Below, in pieces: positions 1 through 13,302 of a DNA stretch of 63,846 nucleotides. The position numbers and the translations under genes were made by a program. Below the pieces are notes generated by a model that made no database searches, was not told the origin of the DNA, and worked only from the letters and a program-made list of their open reading frames with translations. Source of the stretch: Fonticula alba ATCC 38817 (Eukaryota; Protista; Nucleariida); assembly GCA_000388065.2 (NCBI GenBank), contig KB932201.1, one strand, 5' to 3'. Positions within the stretch are counted from its first letter, which is position 1, and each line of letters begins with the position of its first letter.

Positions 1-3000
1 AGGGCAAGGAGAAGGGCAGAGTCATCAGAAGGGAGGAAGGGTTAGCAACAAGGGCAAGACAGGCAGGACGGGGGGGTGGGGGGGGGTAGGTAGAGGGGGG
101 GGTAAGGTAAGGGAGGGGAGGAATACATTCTGGACAAACCAGAGGCGATTCAGGCGAGGGGGGGGTGAAGGAAAGCCTGCCGGCCCGGCAGGGGGCTGCA
201 ACACGGGGCCACAAAAGAGGGCACCCGGTGGGAAACAATACTGGTGACGAGACACGGGGAGAGGCCCCCGCCGAGAGTGGAAAGCCGACATAAGGATTCG
301 AGGACAGCCCCCCCCCCCCCACTCCCCCATCAGGGATAAAAAGGGACGACGCGACAGGGCCGGCGACCACAGTGGCCAAGGTAGCCTGGCTGGGGGATTT
401 TCCATCCATGTGTCATATCTGTGCCGATGCCCGCGCGGGTACACGACCCTGCCCGTTTCACACGCCTTGGATTCGCCCCCCGCCCCCCCCTCCCCCCCCA
501 TCTACTGGCCAATTGATTGTGGCCAACAAATGGCAGGCGGATGGGAGGGGGGGGGGGGGGGGCGCAGCCCGTCCCACCCCTTGCGGATATCCACAAATGA
601 TGGATGTTGGCCGGTCCGGTGTCACGTGCTCGATCGAGGACGAGGTTGTGTCCTGGATGTGACACTTTGCGCCCCAGCTGCGCGCGGGAGAGGGGGGTGC
701 CCTGCGCTCGCGCACACACACACACACACGCACACACGGATCGGGGTCCCAGGATGGGGAGCGGGAGCGCGCCAAAACGCACACCACCCTGCTCCCTCCC
801 CTGCCCCTGCCCCGCTCCTATTAAAGGCCGCATGCCCTTTGTTCCGACCCACGCACACCAGAGAGCAGGGCCCCGCATGCATCGTTAAGTGAAAGACGCA
901 TCGGCCTTTGCCCCCCCCCCCCCCCCCCCCCCCTCGCTCACTCTGCTCCTCGCGATACAAGGACACGTACAGGGAGAGAGAGGGGGGGCCAGGGGAGACC
1001 CCCAGACCGGGGCAGTGCCCAATGTCAACCTCGCGCAAGCGGGGCGGGGCAGACACAGGGGAGAGGGGGGGGGGCACACAAAAGTGCTTAGCCATGCTCT
1101 GGAGGCATCTCGAATAGCCGAGGAGAGAGTGGCGGGTAAAACCGGAAGAAGGCTGCATGTGAGAGCAATTACCCCTCCTCATGCTTTCTGCTGACATATC
1201 GCCGCGAAGCGAAACGAGCTGTAAAGGAAGAGGAGAGAGGCAGGGGAGGGGAGCCCTGTCCCTTGTGGACCCTGTCGGGTGTGTGGAAAAGAAGAGACCG
1301 GCACACGTCTTGGACCAGAGAATGCTCCCTCCAGGAATGCATGCCGCCACCTCCCCGTGTGGCCGGCCAGGCCAGGGGGGGGGGGGGGGGGGGGGGGGCA
1401 GCGGACCGGATGTCATCGGACTCGGGCCACCCCCCGTCCCGGCCAGGGGGGAGGGGGGGTGGGGTGGCAAAGCATGCACGGCCAACACAGAGCGTCGGGG
1501 CCCGCTCCTCCACTCTTGCCCTGCTTCTCCCCGCCCCCGGGGGCCCTGGCGCAGACACACAGGCACACATCGGCCAATCCCCCCCGCCGACCCACCTCTC
1601 ACCAAAAATAGATGGATGTGGAGAGAGGGGGCCAGGCAAGGTTGTGCCAGGGAAGGGGGGGGGGGGGAGGGGGCCAAGTGCCCTGACTTGGACTATTATC
1701 CCGCGCTGGCACATCCCCCCCCCCCCCGCTCATGGGGACATCCCGTGGGTGGACGGGTGGGCAAGGGGCCCGGGGAACGAGGATAGCCCCCTTTGCCCGG
1801 GAGAAGAGGGAGGAGCCTGGCGAAGGGCACGCAAGCCCCCCCCGCGCCCTTCCCTCGACAGGGAGGCCTCCCCGATGGAGATCCTGTTGCGAAGCGAGTG
1901 CCTGCCACCCAGCCACATTCCGCCACAACACGACCGCTCTTCTGAGTAGCGCGCAGTTACGCAGAGTGGGGGAGCGGGGGACAACGGAGGGAGATTCACA
2001 CAGAGAGAGAGAGGGGGGGGACGGATTGGCACCAACGGGTCCACATAGAGGAAAGACGGATGCGAGTCTGTATCCCCCCTCGCGCCCCCCTCGCGCGAGG
2101 GGGAACGACGGGGAGGGGGAGACACACCCGAGCCCGGCCTTCGACACAGAGACATGTCAAGGGTGCGTTGGCAAGTGCCGGACATTACACTTATGAAATA
2201 GCATTCCACATGGAGTGGGTGGATTTTCACCCGAATCAACCGAAGGTCCCGTGCAGGTGCATGGTGGCGGCGGGAAGCAAAGGCCCACACCACCACGGGC
2301 CCAACGCCCTCCTCCTCCCCCTCACGGCCGCGGGCTCCCCCCCCCCACACTCGCGCTCGCTGGCCTCCACCTTGTCGTCTCTCTCCGGATGGATCGAAAT
2401 ACGGGTGGCCACATCATGCCGGCCCGCATCATGCGCACATACACACCAGATGAGGAGCCAGCAACGGAGGAGGAGGGAGGCAGGGGCCATTCGCCGAGGG
2501 GGGGGGGCTGCTGAGGGAAAGGACACACACCCAAACCCACACCCATACAAGTCGGAACGCCCCTGCTATCGCGAGGCGGCGGCCCCCCTCGAGGCCCCCC
2601 CTCGTTGCCCTGCGCCGCCTTGTGCACTTTGGGCACATGGAAAAGACGGTGAGATGCCCAGGGCACCACCGGGGGGCAGGCGCGCGCGCGCGCGCGCACG
2701 AAGCGCGACAGAGAGAGGGGGAAGGAGGCCGCCCTGCCACCCATATGCCTCTAATTGCCCCCAAAGATGATACCTGCGCGACCCCCCTCCCCCCTTGGCC
2801 GGTAGTGGAGAGGGGGCGACACATAGGCGAGCAGACAAATGCACATACACACACTCACAGGGAAACACACAAAGCCCCAGAGGGACATGGCACTGGATGA
2901 AAGCAACGGAGAAAGACCCGAACGGGAGACGGGCGTGCGCGCGCCAGGGGGGGTGGGGGAAGAGGCGGAAGGAGGCAGAGGGAGAAGTTCACAGAAGGAC

Positions 3001-3004
3001 GGAC

Positions 3005-3334
3005 CTTGCGCTTGGGGCGGGCCTCACCGGAGCCGTCATCCTTGGGGCAGACGATGTGCGGGCGCTTGACGCGCGAGACGTTGCAGCGCATGCGGGCGGA
3101 GTTGTGGTGAGCAAAGGTGGCTGCGGCGTCGATCTGCTCCTTGGTGAGGCCGGCATTGCGAGCGGCATTCTCAACCACGCGGAAGGCAATCTCCGGGGTC
3201 AGCTGCGAGGAGTCCTCGAAGGAGATGACCGAGTCGAAGAAGGCCTGCGGCGAGAAGGACCCGTCCGGCATGAAGTAGATGCGGGCCGAGCTGGTGGCCG
3301 CCACGGAGCTCTGAGCGGGGGGGGTGTCTGTCAT
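3005..3334 (-). CDS. Probable first coding exon of an uncharacterised gene (MTDTPPAQSS...EARPKRK); downstream exons not resolved
   Basis: 330-nt ATG-started stretch with strong C/G third-position bias like the real genes here; ends at AAG|GTCCGT followed by a pyrimidine-rich intron-like tract. No family recognised. Confidence 0.6.
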
Positions 3335-6300
3335 GCTTACAACAGCAATAGGGGGGGGGGGGGTGATGCGATCTGACATCGCAAGAAAGACCACCGACAG
3401 CAAAGTATGGGGGATGAAGGTGAGTAGGGGGGTTCACGGGGCAAGGAGCGGTAAGGGGGAGGTGAGGAGGGGAGGCGTATGCAGCGGCTTTGGCGAGGAG
3501 CTAGGCGTCGACGCAGAGAGGAGATCTCTCGGCGTCGGGCGCAGGAGAGTGGCAGGCAGGCAGGCAGAGAGTGGAGTGGAGGGGGGGGGGTAGCAGGTAC
3601 GTTGTTGGGGGGGACTGCATCTGGGGGGCTTCTCTGTGGGGGGAAGCCGCGCGCGGGGGACCGTCTTTTGTATGGCCGTGGAACGTGGCGGGATGATCAC
3701 CACTCGAGGCCCCCCCCCCCCTCCTCCCCCCGCGCGCCGGCCTCCCCGGCACAGACGCAGGTCAGGTCGGGGGGATTCCTGCGCCGCCCCCGAGAGGGCC
3801 CAGGTGCGGTCAAGAGCATACGTGACCTCGGTGGGGGGCACGGCAAGCGGGTGGACTGGCTGGTCGTGAGGGTGGGCCCGGGCGGGGGAGGGGCGGGAAA
3901 AAACGGGCCGCCGTTGGAGTTCCTGAGTGGGGATCTGTATTTTAGCCGGCGGTGGGCGGCGTGCATTCACACACACACACACGCGCGTACACCACCAGCC
4001 AAGAACACACCGGGTCGTGCCCTGGGGGGGGGGGGTGGAACTCAACCCCATGGGCGGCTGCTGCCCGGACCCCGAGTGAGCCCCATGCCAGCAGGGGATG
4101 TAGCACGAACCCCCCGGGGGGGGGGGGGCCGGCGAAGGCGAGCCGGGCGAGTCTATCCGTGCGTATGTGCATGTGTACACAAGCGCGCGTGCTCGCGCGC
4201 GCGCGCGCGCCCCACAACCAGAGGTAGGGGGGCTGGAAGGGGGGGGCCGGCGAGCACACACACGCACGCATATTTTGCGCACACAGCAAGAACCTCACAA
4301 TGCGTCGCGTGAGAGGGTGGGGGAACACAGGAGTGTACTCCCGGCTCAAGCCCAGGCATCCAACTGATAACGGAAAGCACGGCTAACACTGGGCTCCCGT
4401 CGGCTCGGCAATGAGCCCCCCGCCCCTCGGCAGCCCGCACAAGGCTCGTCGAGGGCGTACGACGAAGAAGCCGCGCCTGCCGCCTGCCCCCTTTTGTGCC
4501 CCCCCCCCCCGGGGGGGGGAGGGGAACAACACTTGGACAAAAAGGAAAGGGGCAAGGAAGCGTTCTCCGCACGAAGGTCACGCACGTTGCCCCGCCCCCT
4601 GCCCTGCGCCCCTGCGCGGCCACCCCGAAGCCGGCCGCTCGCTCTCCATGTGGGCGTGTCCCAACATCCCCGACCCGGCCTGGCCGGCTGGCCGTAGAAT
4701 ATCCCCGGCATAGGACCAGCCACCCCCCCGGGGGGGGGGGGGGGGGGGGGGCCAGCGCGATAATCCTCCGCTCGATCTCCAGCATCGGCAGGCCGCAGGG
4801 CACTGCGGGCCATGGTCGCCTCATTCCCGACGGAGGAGCTGTAGGTGTAAGGGCGGGTGGGCTAGGGCTCGGGCGGTGAAACCGCGGCGGGCCCGGTGCC
4901 GGCAGCCAGGGCCACCCGGAGACACGGGTGGCGAGGCCCTTGGCCGTGTAGGATCCACATGTGAGGTGCATCGGCTCTCGACACAGGGCACGGCGACGAC
5001 CTCCCGGGCCCCGCGGCGGGCCGAGCGAGAGGGCACCGACGGTGGGGCAGATATGCGCCTGGGCGTGGATGTCTCGCTTGCGGCTCCAGTGATAGCCGCC
5101 GTGCCGGATGTGTCCCCCCCCCCCTCCCCGCCCCCCCGGAGTGCGCACATGAGCCATGTCTGCGCCGGTGGAGGTCACCTCAGGGCGAGTGGATCGGTCT
5201 CCCGGGCACACGGCCGTCATATGAAAAAGCCCTGGACCGGTGGCTGTTGACCCGATCTTCACATGGTGCTCAGGCCAACAAGGCGGGGTGTGTGGTGGGG
5301 GAGGATCCGGCACCGCGGGCGCTCGCTCGCCAGCACACCGCGGTCCGCCTCGGTCTCCCCTTCGACGCATGATCGAGCAATAAAAAATGGCACATAAAAT
5401 GCCCCCCCCCCCCCCCCGGCCACACACGCTCACCGTACTCCGCCGTCCCGGGCAAACTAATGACCCCCGGCCATGTCGGGTGAGTACAAGCCAAGAAGAA
5501 CATACGCATGCCGGCCGACCGGCCAGGCCCCTCCAGACGGTCGGGGGGAGGGGGGGGGAGGAGGTTGCCGCCCACCTGGCCTGCGGGGCCAGGTGCGCTG
5601 CCTGCCCGCCTGCTCGGATGGCCAACTCCCCCGAGAGATGGAGGGACTTCCACGAGCCCTCATCCGGGAGCGAGGCGCACCGAGGACGGGACAGACCGGG
5701 CGATGGGCGGCGGGCCTCCTACCTGAATGGTGCCTGCTGTGTCCCGGCCGACGGGGAGGGGGGGGGATCCTGGCCCACTGGGCGCTGATAATCTCCGGGC
5801 TGTTGTCCGGACCGATGAAGCCGAACTTCCTCGTGCGGGCCCTCCTTGGGTGGGCGGGGGGGGAAGGGGGGCGAGGGACCACCCCATGCCCGCGAGAGGC
5901 CGGGGTTCCATCCTGGCGCGGTCTCGCACCCGGCGCTCAGCTGCACTTGCCCGAGGATGAATCCCGGGCGCGCGACAGGGAATGGGAGGCCATTGGTCCC
6001 CTGGCACACAGCACATGCTTTGGGCGCCCGGATGGGAGGAGCCGGCCAGCGCTCCAGGGAGATAGTCCCGCGCTCGCCGGGGCGGGCGAGGCGCCCCCCC
6101 CCGTTCGCAAGGGCGACCGTGTGTATCGGCGTGGTGGCGGCCGGCGGGTCGGAGGGCGGGAGGGCGCCCGTGACGTGAAGGCCTCCCCCCCGCCCCCCAG
6201 TCCCGACCGGGGCGGGGAATGGAGAGGCAGCGTGGGCGAGATAATCTCGGGCCGTGGCTCGACAGCGGCCCGTGCTCCATGTACCAACCCACAGACACCT

Positions 6301-9300
6301 AGGCATCCCAGCCAAAGAGGGCGAATCGGCGACCATGTGTGCGCCGGCCCGGCCGCGGGGGGCATGCTGGCGCCCGAGGCGGTCGCGGCGGCGGCGGCGG
6401 CGGCGGCGGCGAAGGGTGGCAGGCAGGAGGGTGAGCTTGCCGGCCAAAAGGGCCCCTGCTCCCGAGGGCCGGGACCGTGCCACGTCGGCCCCCCGCGGCC
6501 GGGAGTGGGCGGCGCGCCGGAGCGGGGGGGGGGGGGAAGCTCACGAGCTGGAGTGACCGCCTCCGGGGCCGGTCCCCAGACCCCCTCCCCAAGATGTGGC
6601 CCCAAATAATTTGGGGCTCCGCTATTTTCACGGCACCGCATTCGCCGGCCCCCCCCCCCACATCAGGCCCCCCGCCCAGCCCCCCTCCAATGGCGTGCGT
6701 GCGTGCGTGCGTGCGCGTGCATGCGGCCCGGGAGCACGGGCCCAGCCATGCTTCTCGGCACGGCCTGGCTGGGGCGACTGCCCCTGCCGCCGGCCCGGAT
6801 GCGGCACCAGCATGTCGGCAGGCCCGGCATGTCGCCCGGTGGCGAGGGACAGGGCCGTGGAGAAGGAGCCTGACGCCTGGTCCTGGGGCAAGGGAGCAGC
6901 ACGTCCGCCCCCCCCCCCCCCTGTATTCTCGCTCGCCAGCTTGTGAATGTGGACGATGAGCCTTCGGTCCAGAGGACGAGGAGGCGGGGACACATCGAAC
7001 GTCAGCCAAAAAAATGGGGCGCCCTGATGGCTGCCCTGGGCGTGCGGGGGGATGTGTTTGGACTGTTGAGTTGCATGTGTCCCTCTCGGCTCGTGTCCCC
7101 TCGCCCCCCCAGGCCCGGGCGAGAGGGGGGCACGTTGGCCAGTTGCCTGGTGCCCGGGCCCCTCGCCTGCCCATCCCCCACAAGGCCTCCGCCGTCGGTG
7201 CTGCCCGGGGGAGAGGCGCGGGGGGGGGGGGGGGCCGGGGCGGGGGCGGGGGCGCCCCTGTCCTAACACGGCCGGCCCTCCGCGCAGGCGAGTGACGGGG
7301 AATATTTTCCGGGACGGAAAAGGCCCACCAAGTCCGGCGGTGCGCGCATATTAGCAGTCATTCACGCTCTCTTGGGGGAGCTTCCCGCCCCGCCCTCCCC
7401 CGGGCCGCCCTCAAGGCCGAGACGCGCTTGGGGCCTTGAGCGCGCCCCGACCGTGCAGTTGGCACGCATTCCGCCGGCAGTCGTCGCCTCTCCGCGGAGG
7501 AGGATCCAGCCCCGGGCCCGGGGGCCGTGTCGGTCCCAGCGCGACGCCCTGGCGCACCTGGAGGCCGTGCGAGGCGCCCAGCCGTCGCCCTCATGCCCAG
7601 CGGGCCGGGGTCGCATGGCGCGAGGGCCCGGGGAGGGTGTTCGTCCACGCAGCAGACTTGGCTCCGGGCAGGAGGCCGGAGCGAAGAAGCGTGAAAGGCG
7701 CGCCCCGGCAGCTAGGGCCCCGGCCGGGGCGCCGAGAGCCCACCAACTCCCCGGGGGAAGGCCAGGCTCCGTGCATGCCCTGGCTGGCCCTTGCCCCGGA
7801 CGATTCCCCGGACGGCAGTGCGTGTTCGGGGGGGGGGGGTCAGCCGAGCGTTTTCCCCCCCCGGCTCCGCCCCCCCCGCCCCGCCCTCCTGTTCGAACTC
7901 CGGCACCCCGGGCCCTCGGGCTGGTGGAACAATTTGTTAGGACCCAAGTTTGGGGCCGCTGCTCCGCCCGGGTCCCAGGCGGCCGGCCGGGTATTATCGC
8001 CGGCTGCGAGGGGAGGAGCCGGCGGCGGGCGGAAAGCCGGGCAGCCCGCGCGCCCTCGGCCGGGGAACTGTTCTGCCCTTGTCTGTCTTCCCCCCCCCCC
8101 CCCTGCCCCCCGCCCCCGCCCCGACACCCCTTGCTCTTGCTGGGCCGAAGGCTGTTCCGGACCTCGGCGGCCATGTGAGGGCCCGCCCTGGCCCGGCTCC
8201 CTGGCCCTTTAAGCGGACGGGCCCTCGGTCGGAAATTCGGCGCATTAAAGCGGTCTCAGGAGGGGGGAGGCACCCTGGCACGCGCCCGACGCGCGTCCCT
8301 CCCGCCCGGAGGGCCCCGGGGCACCTCCCTCGGCGGGGCCCGCACACTGGAGTGAGTATTCCCGGCGCACGCGCCTCTCAAGGCGGCCTGACCGCCCCCC
8401 CGGTGGAGGACCGGGCCCCCGAGCCGGTCACCCAGCCCCTCCCCGGTGTGGATACAGCGGCCCCGGACCCGGCCACCGGCGCATGCCGCACCAGGGGCAC
8501 CCGGGGCCGGGAGGGGGCCGCTGCGTGGGGAAGGGGGAATATATAACAACAAAAAAACAAAAAACTCAGCTTACCTCATAATATTTCCGCCCACTCCGGG
8601 CCCATCAGCTTTCGCCCCCCCGTTCCCGGGCTCATACGCCCATGCCCTCTGTGCAGCCCAAGGTGCACACCATCTTGATTATTTGGTCTCCCGGCTCGGG
8701 AATGGGGAGCGAGGCGAGTCAGGGGGGGGGGGCGAGAGACCAGCCATACCTGCGGAGGTGTGAAGGTATGCCGGCCGCAGTGGGGCCGGCCCCCCGGCCT
8801 TCCTCTCCCGACTGGACTGCTGTGCCCTGCTGACTTACGGCCTGCCCCAGGCCCCGGGGCCCCGGGCCCCGGTCCCGGCCCCTCGGAGGAAAGACCCCTT
8901 TCGCCCTCGCGTGAAAAGCCGCCTCTTTGGTGCCGACCGGGGGGGGGGGGGGGGGGGGGCGCCGCGGCGTCGTACAGAGCACCTCTGTGCACCCTGCCAA
9001 GAGGCCGCGCAGAAGACCCATGACCGGCCAACGAACACCACCCGCCGGGCCCGGGGTGCGGCCCGAAAGAACACTGTTCCAGGGCTAGGTAACGTGCCCG
9101 TCAAGCTGACTTGCAGAACACCGTTCCCGGACGTGATCAACACAATAACAAACCCTGCCCTCTGATCAGTGGTATGCAGTTATTCATTGGGGTCGGATTC
9201 TCGCATTGTGGATTTCGTGCGATTAAAAGCACCGCTCTTCCGAAGGACAACGCCCGGCGGTTGCCCCCGTCTCTGTTATGGCACGTCCTCATCATGTACG

Positions 9301-10653
9301 CGCCGGCTCCTCCGCTCTGCCTGGCCACCGGGGGGGGGGGAGCAGAGATTCTGAAGGCCCGTGTATATTTTTTTTCCCATAATGGGCTCGATGCATTAGT
9401 GTAACTCCGGAGCAGGGCTCCGAGGAGAAGGGGGCGCTCGCCTTGTCTGTGTTGTCGGCACTTTGCGAGCATCGGTGTCCTTGTCGGAGGTGGTGGGGCG
9501 GTCTCTTTCTGGCCGGCTCTGCGGCCGACTGCAAGCCGGCAGACCCTCCTTTCTCGCGTGCGAGGGCTCTCCCCCCTCACGCCCCGGCGCCCTGCCCCCC
9601 CCCCCTCCCTCCCCCCAGCTCGGCGGCATGGGGGGGGGGAGGAGGCGGGGGCCGGACAGCGCCGGGCCTTCCCGTTCAACCAGCTCGCGGCGCTCAGCGG
9701 GGCCCCTGTGCATTCCGCCTGCGTCCGGCCCCTGTATCCTGGCTGAGCCATCAAGCCGGGGAGGAATGTCCTTCCAGGGCTGAGGCGTTAGTTCGCCGAG
9801 TCCCACAAGGCGGCGCACAGCCCCGCCCCCGGGGAGGCAGGTCGGGACTGGGAGGACCCACCGACCCCAGACGGGGCAGGCCGCACCCCGTTTTCTCTGC
9901 CGCCGCGCCCCTTTACCCCGGCGGAGGGGGGCGGGGTGGGGCGGGGCGGGGCGGTGTGTTGTTGCTGGGTCCCCGCGCATTCGACCGGGCCCTCGGGTCC
10001 TGGACCGGAGCTCGGGGGGAGGGGCCCCACTGCGTCTGTATGTGTATATGTATGTGTGTGAGTGTGAGTGCTATTCTCGATTGTACGCAACACAGGCAGG
10101 CCCAAAAGCAGTGCGCAAGAAAGAGAGTGAACCGAGGGGACACAAGGGGACAGCGACAGAAAGAGAGAGCCACATACGCCGACAGAGAGAGAGAGAGAGA
10201 GGGCAAGGGAGTTGGGTAGGTCGGTGAACGAGGCCAGCGGGGAGTACAGCCCTCCCCCCCCCCTGCCCGCGGAGCTGGGGCTTTTTCCGACCGCCCTCCG
10301 GTGCCCCCGATGCGACGGGGGCGCCACACGAAGCAGTCCGCACCTGCTCATCTTCTCCCCCTCCCGCCTTCCTTCCTCCCTCCCCCCGCCTCTCTTCAAC
10401 CGTGTGTCCCCCCCCTGCCCCCTCCGCACCGCCCTCTTCGCCCCTCTTGTCCGCAGCGCGCCGTCCAGTTTCGCCCCCCTCCCCCCCTTTCTCTCTCTCT
10501 CTCTCTCTCTTTCACGTGCAGTTTCGCGGAGGATGTTCTTCCCTCTTCCCGTCCCACTGCACTCGCCGCTAACCGCATTGCCATCGCCGTTGCCATTGCC
10601 GCCACACTTGCGTGCGCGCGTTCCGCCTCCCGCCCCCCTCTCCCCCCATGCAG

Positions 10654-11783
10654 ATGTCCTCCTTCAGTGTCAGCGTTGGTGACTCTTCCAAGCACCGCAA
10701 CATCGATGTTGACTCCCTCCTTCGCGAGGGCTACGAGGATGATGACCAGTCCGTTGACGCCAGCGTCGTTGCCTCCATCAACGACCGTGCCACCAACGTC
10801 CGCACTCTCCTGAACAAGTGCGTGTCCCCCCCCCCCTCGGGCCTTGCCTTGTCCGCACCATGCGCGCGCCTCTCCTCCTTCATCCGTTCCGGTCTTCTCG
10901 CCCCTCCGCCCCTCCGCCCCTCCGCCCGCTCAGGCCACCCGCTTACTTTCCTCCTTCTCGCTTGGCCACGTACACTCAGGGGTGATGCCGCCGGCTCTGT
11001 TGCCGTTGCGGTCGACAACCCCCCCTTCAACTGCAACGACGCCGCCCTCAAGGTGCGCCGCTTCTCCTCTTCCAGGCAGGCTTCCTCCGTGGCCTGCTTC
11101 CCCTCCCCCGCCGGCCCTCCCCTTCCCCTCCCCCGCTGGCCCTCCCCTTCTCCTCCCCCTCCGCCTTCTAACATGTGCTTGTGTCCTTGCCTCTCTCTCT
11201 CTCTCTCCCCCCCTCTCCTCTTCCCCCCCTCTATCTCCGCTTCGCCCCTTGCCATGGCGTCCGGCAGGCCAAGAACCTCGAGACTGTCATGAGCTCCCTG
11301 TCCGCTGTCCGCGCGGCTGACATCCCGGCCGTCATCAAGAGCCTGACCCCTGAGCAGGTCGACAACCTGGTCAAGTACATCTATGCCGGCTTCGCCATCC
11401 CCTCCGGCCAGTACTCCGGTCACCTGCTTCTCTGGCACGAGAAGGTGCGTACCTGCTGCCGACCGGGCGAAAGACGGCCCGGCCAGCATGCTTCTGCCTC
11501 TTGCCACTGCCAGGGGCGCCCCCCCCTGGCCTGCATCTCGCCGTCTCCCCCCTCCCTCCCCTCCCTCTGCTGGTCTTGCTTTTTGCTCTGCCTCCTTGTC
11601 CCTCCCTCTCTCTCTCTCTCTCTGACACACAATGCTTCTCTCCTCTCCCTCCTATCTCCATTCTCATCTCCTATACACACACACACACACACACACGCAC
11701 ATCGGCCACCACCATAGGCCATCGAGGTCGGCGGTCTCGGCTCTATCACCCGTGTCCTCACCTCCCGCAAGACCGTCAACTAG
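10654..11783 (+). CDS. ARPC5: Arp2/3 complex subunit 5 (p16-Arc); exons 10654-10817, 10980-11052, 11268-11444, 11718-11783 (159 aa)
   Basis: Spliced product has RNIDVD...VDNPP...LVKYIYAGF...LLLWHEK|AIEVGGLGSITRVLTSRKTVN, matching the ARPC5 pattern (WHEK..GG.GSI.RVLT.RKTV). GT-AG introns, frame-consistent. Confidence 0.93.
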
Positions 11784-12254
11784 ACGCACTTGCCTTTTTG
11801 GGGGACCACGTTTCCCCACCCCACAACTGCACGCGGAGCTGGCATCCGTTGCCCACCTCCCTCACCCTGGCGCCAGTTCGTGCCATATGACGACCGCGCC
11901 GGCTCCTCCTCCCTCTCTCCCATTCTCCCGCGCATTCGCGTGTATGTGTGTGTGTGCGCGCGCGCGCGCACGCACGCATACACTCACACACACAACACCA
12001 GGTGCCTTACCCCGTGGTTGTTCGGTGCACCGTCCTCCTCGTCCGGTGACGGTTGACTTCGTCCACTCGCGAGGCCCAGCGCCCCTTTTGTCCCTCAAAT
12101 ATAAAACAGCTTCATTCCACACAAGGCATCCTCGCTGTCCGTCAGCCAGGGGAAGGGGGGTGCGGGGGAGAGGGAGCGGGGTGACGATGGGGCCTTTTTT
12201 TTTCCTTGTCTTGCTGGTCCTCGTGCACCGTCTGTCTGCCAGTCGGCCTTTCCC

Positions 12255-13302
12255 CTACAACTGTGTCTCGAAGAGCGGGTGCTCATCGTCGTCGTCGTCG
12301 TCGCCGCTGGCGTCAGACATCCTGACGTCCTCACTTGCGAAGGCGAACCGAGCCAGGTCTGGCCGGAGCGCATGCATCAACTCCTCGCTTGCGCCCATCT
12401 CGGTGTCCAAATCTAGCTCGTCCTCGGAGTCATTCTCCCGGAGGGGGGCAGTTGTGGCGGAGGAGCCACCGGTGGCGGCCGGCCGTAACCCGGGGCCCTC
12501 AAAGTTGTGAGCCACTACCTCGAAGATGGGTTGGCCCGCGTGCGGCAAGGGAGGCAAAACGAGCGAGGGGCACCCCGGGGGAGTCAGTCGGGCGCATGCC
12601 TTTTCTGCTTGCTTCTCTCCCGGCTGGAGGGAGGATCCCCCCTCGACACAGGAGGAGGCGCCGGGGGGGGGGGGGGGGGGGGGGACTTGTACGTACGGGC
12701 ATACTCAACCGAGGCGGCAATCGAATCCAGCTTCATGTCTCGCAGAGCGGCAACAATGCTGGCCGGCGAGGGGCTCACCCTCCCAGGGCTGAGTTCCATG
12801 GCACTGGGGGATAGTCCACGGGGGCGGGGTATGGCATTGGCCGCGGATGTGAGTGAAAGGGGTGGCACGCAGGGCAAGCAAGTGCGGTAGCATGAAGCGC
12901 ACGTGAAGATGACGTAGTTGATGAAGAGTGTGGCCGCGCGCCGGGCACAAAGCTGGGACTCCTGCGAAAGCATGGCATTGTCCGGGAGCTGGCGCGTCCA
13001 CAAGTGCGAGGTACACATCAGTCAGGACAGCTGGGAGCGGCATCGGAAGGGAGGAGGTGGAGAGAGGGGGCAATGTTCCGCACCCGATACCTGAGTGCCC
13101 GACCGATGGTGAGGGCTGGCAGGGCGAAGGCATCCAGGCCAGCCCGGTCATCGACAGCGACCGCGGTAGAGGCGGCAGTGTCCTCTGTCGAAGGCTCGGG
13201 CTCGGTTTCCGCAGGGCCGGGGGAAGCCGACACCCCCGGCTCACTGGGGATGATGTCGGGCTCCGGGAGAGCAAGAGTGGCCGCTGTGTCAATGTCGGAC
13301 AT
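12255..13302 (-). CDS. POLE3: Histone-fold NF-YB-type protein, DNA polymerase epsilon subunit 3/Dpb4/CHRAC17-like; exons 13302-13084, 12988-12903, 12803-12697, 12514-12255 (about 223 aa)
   Basis: LDAFALPALTIGRALRYR|LPDNAMLSQESQLCARRAATLFINYVIFT|AMELSPGRVSPSPASIVAALRDMKL parallels POLE3 (LNLP..I.RIIKEALPD..ISKEARSAISRAASVFV.Y...DVLSAMEEMEF); acidic C-terminal tail. Another NF-YB paralogue is not excluded. Confidence 0.78.

Noticed and set aside
4150-8550. Many 200-490-aa ORFs on both strands
   Set aside because: Expected from stop-codon scarcity in GC-rich DNA; P/G/R/A-dominated and running through homopolymer tracts.
9060-9420. Lower-GC island with short ORFs (97 aa)
   Set aside because: No codon bias, motifs or recognisable ncRNA boxes that I could support.
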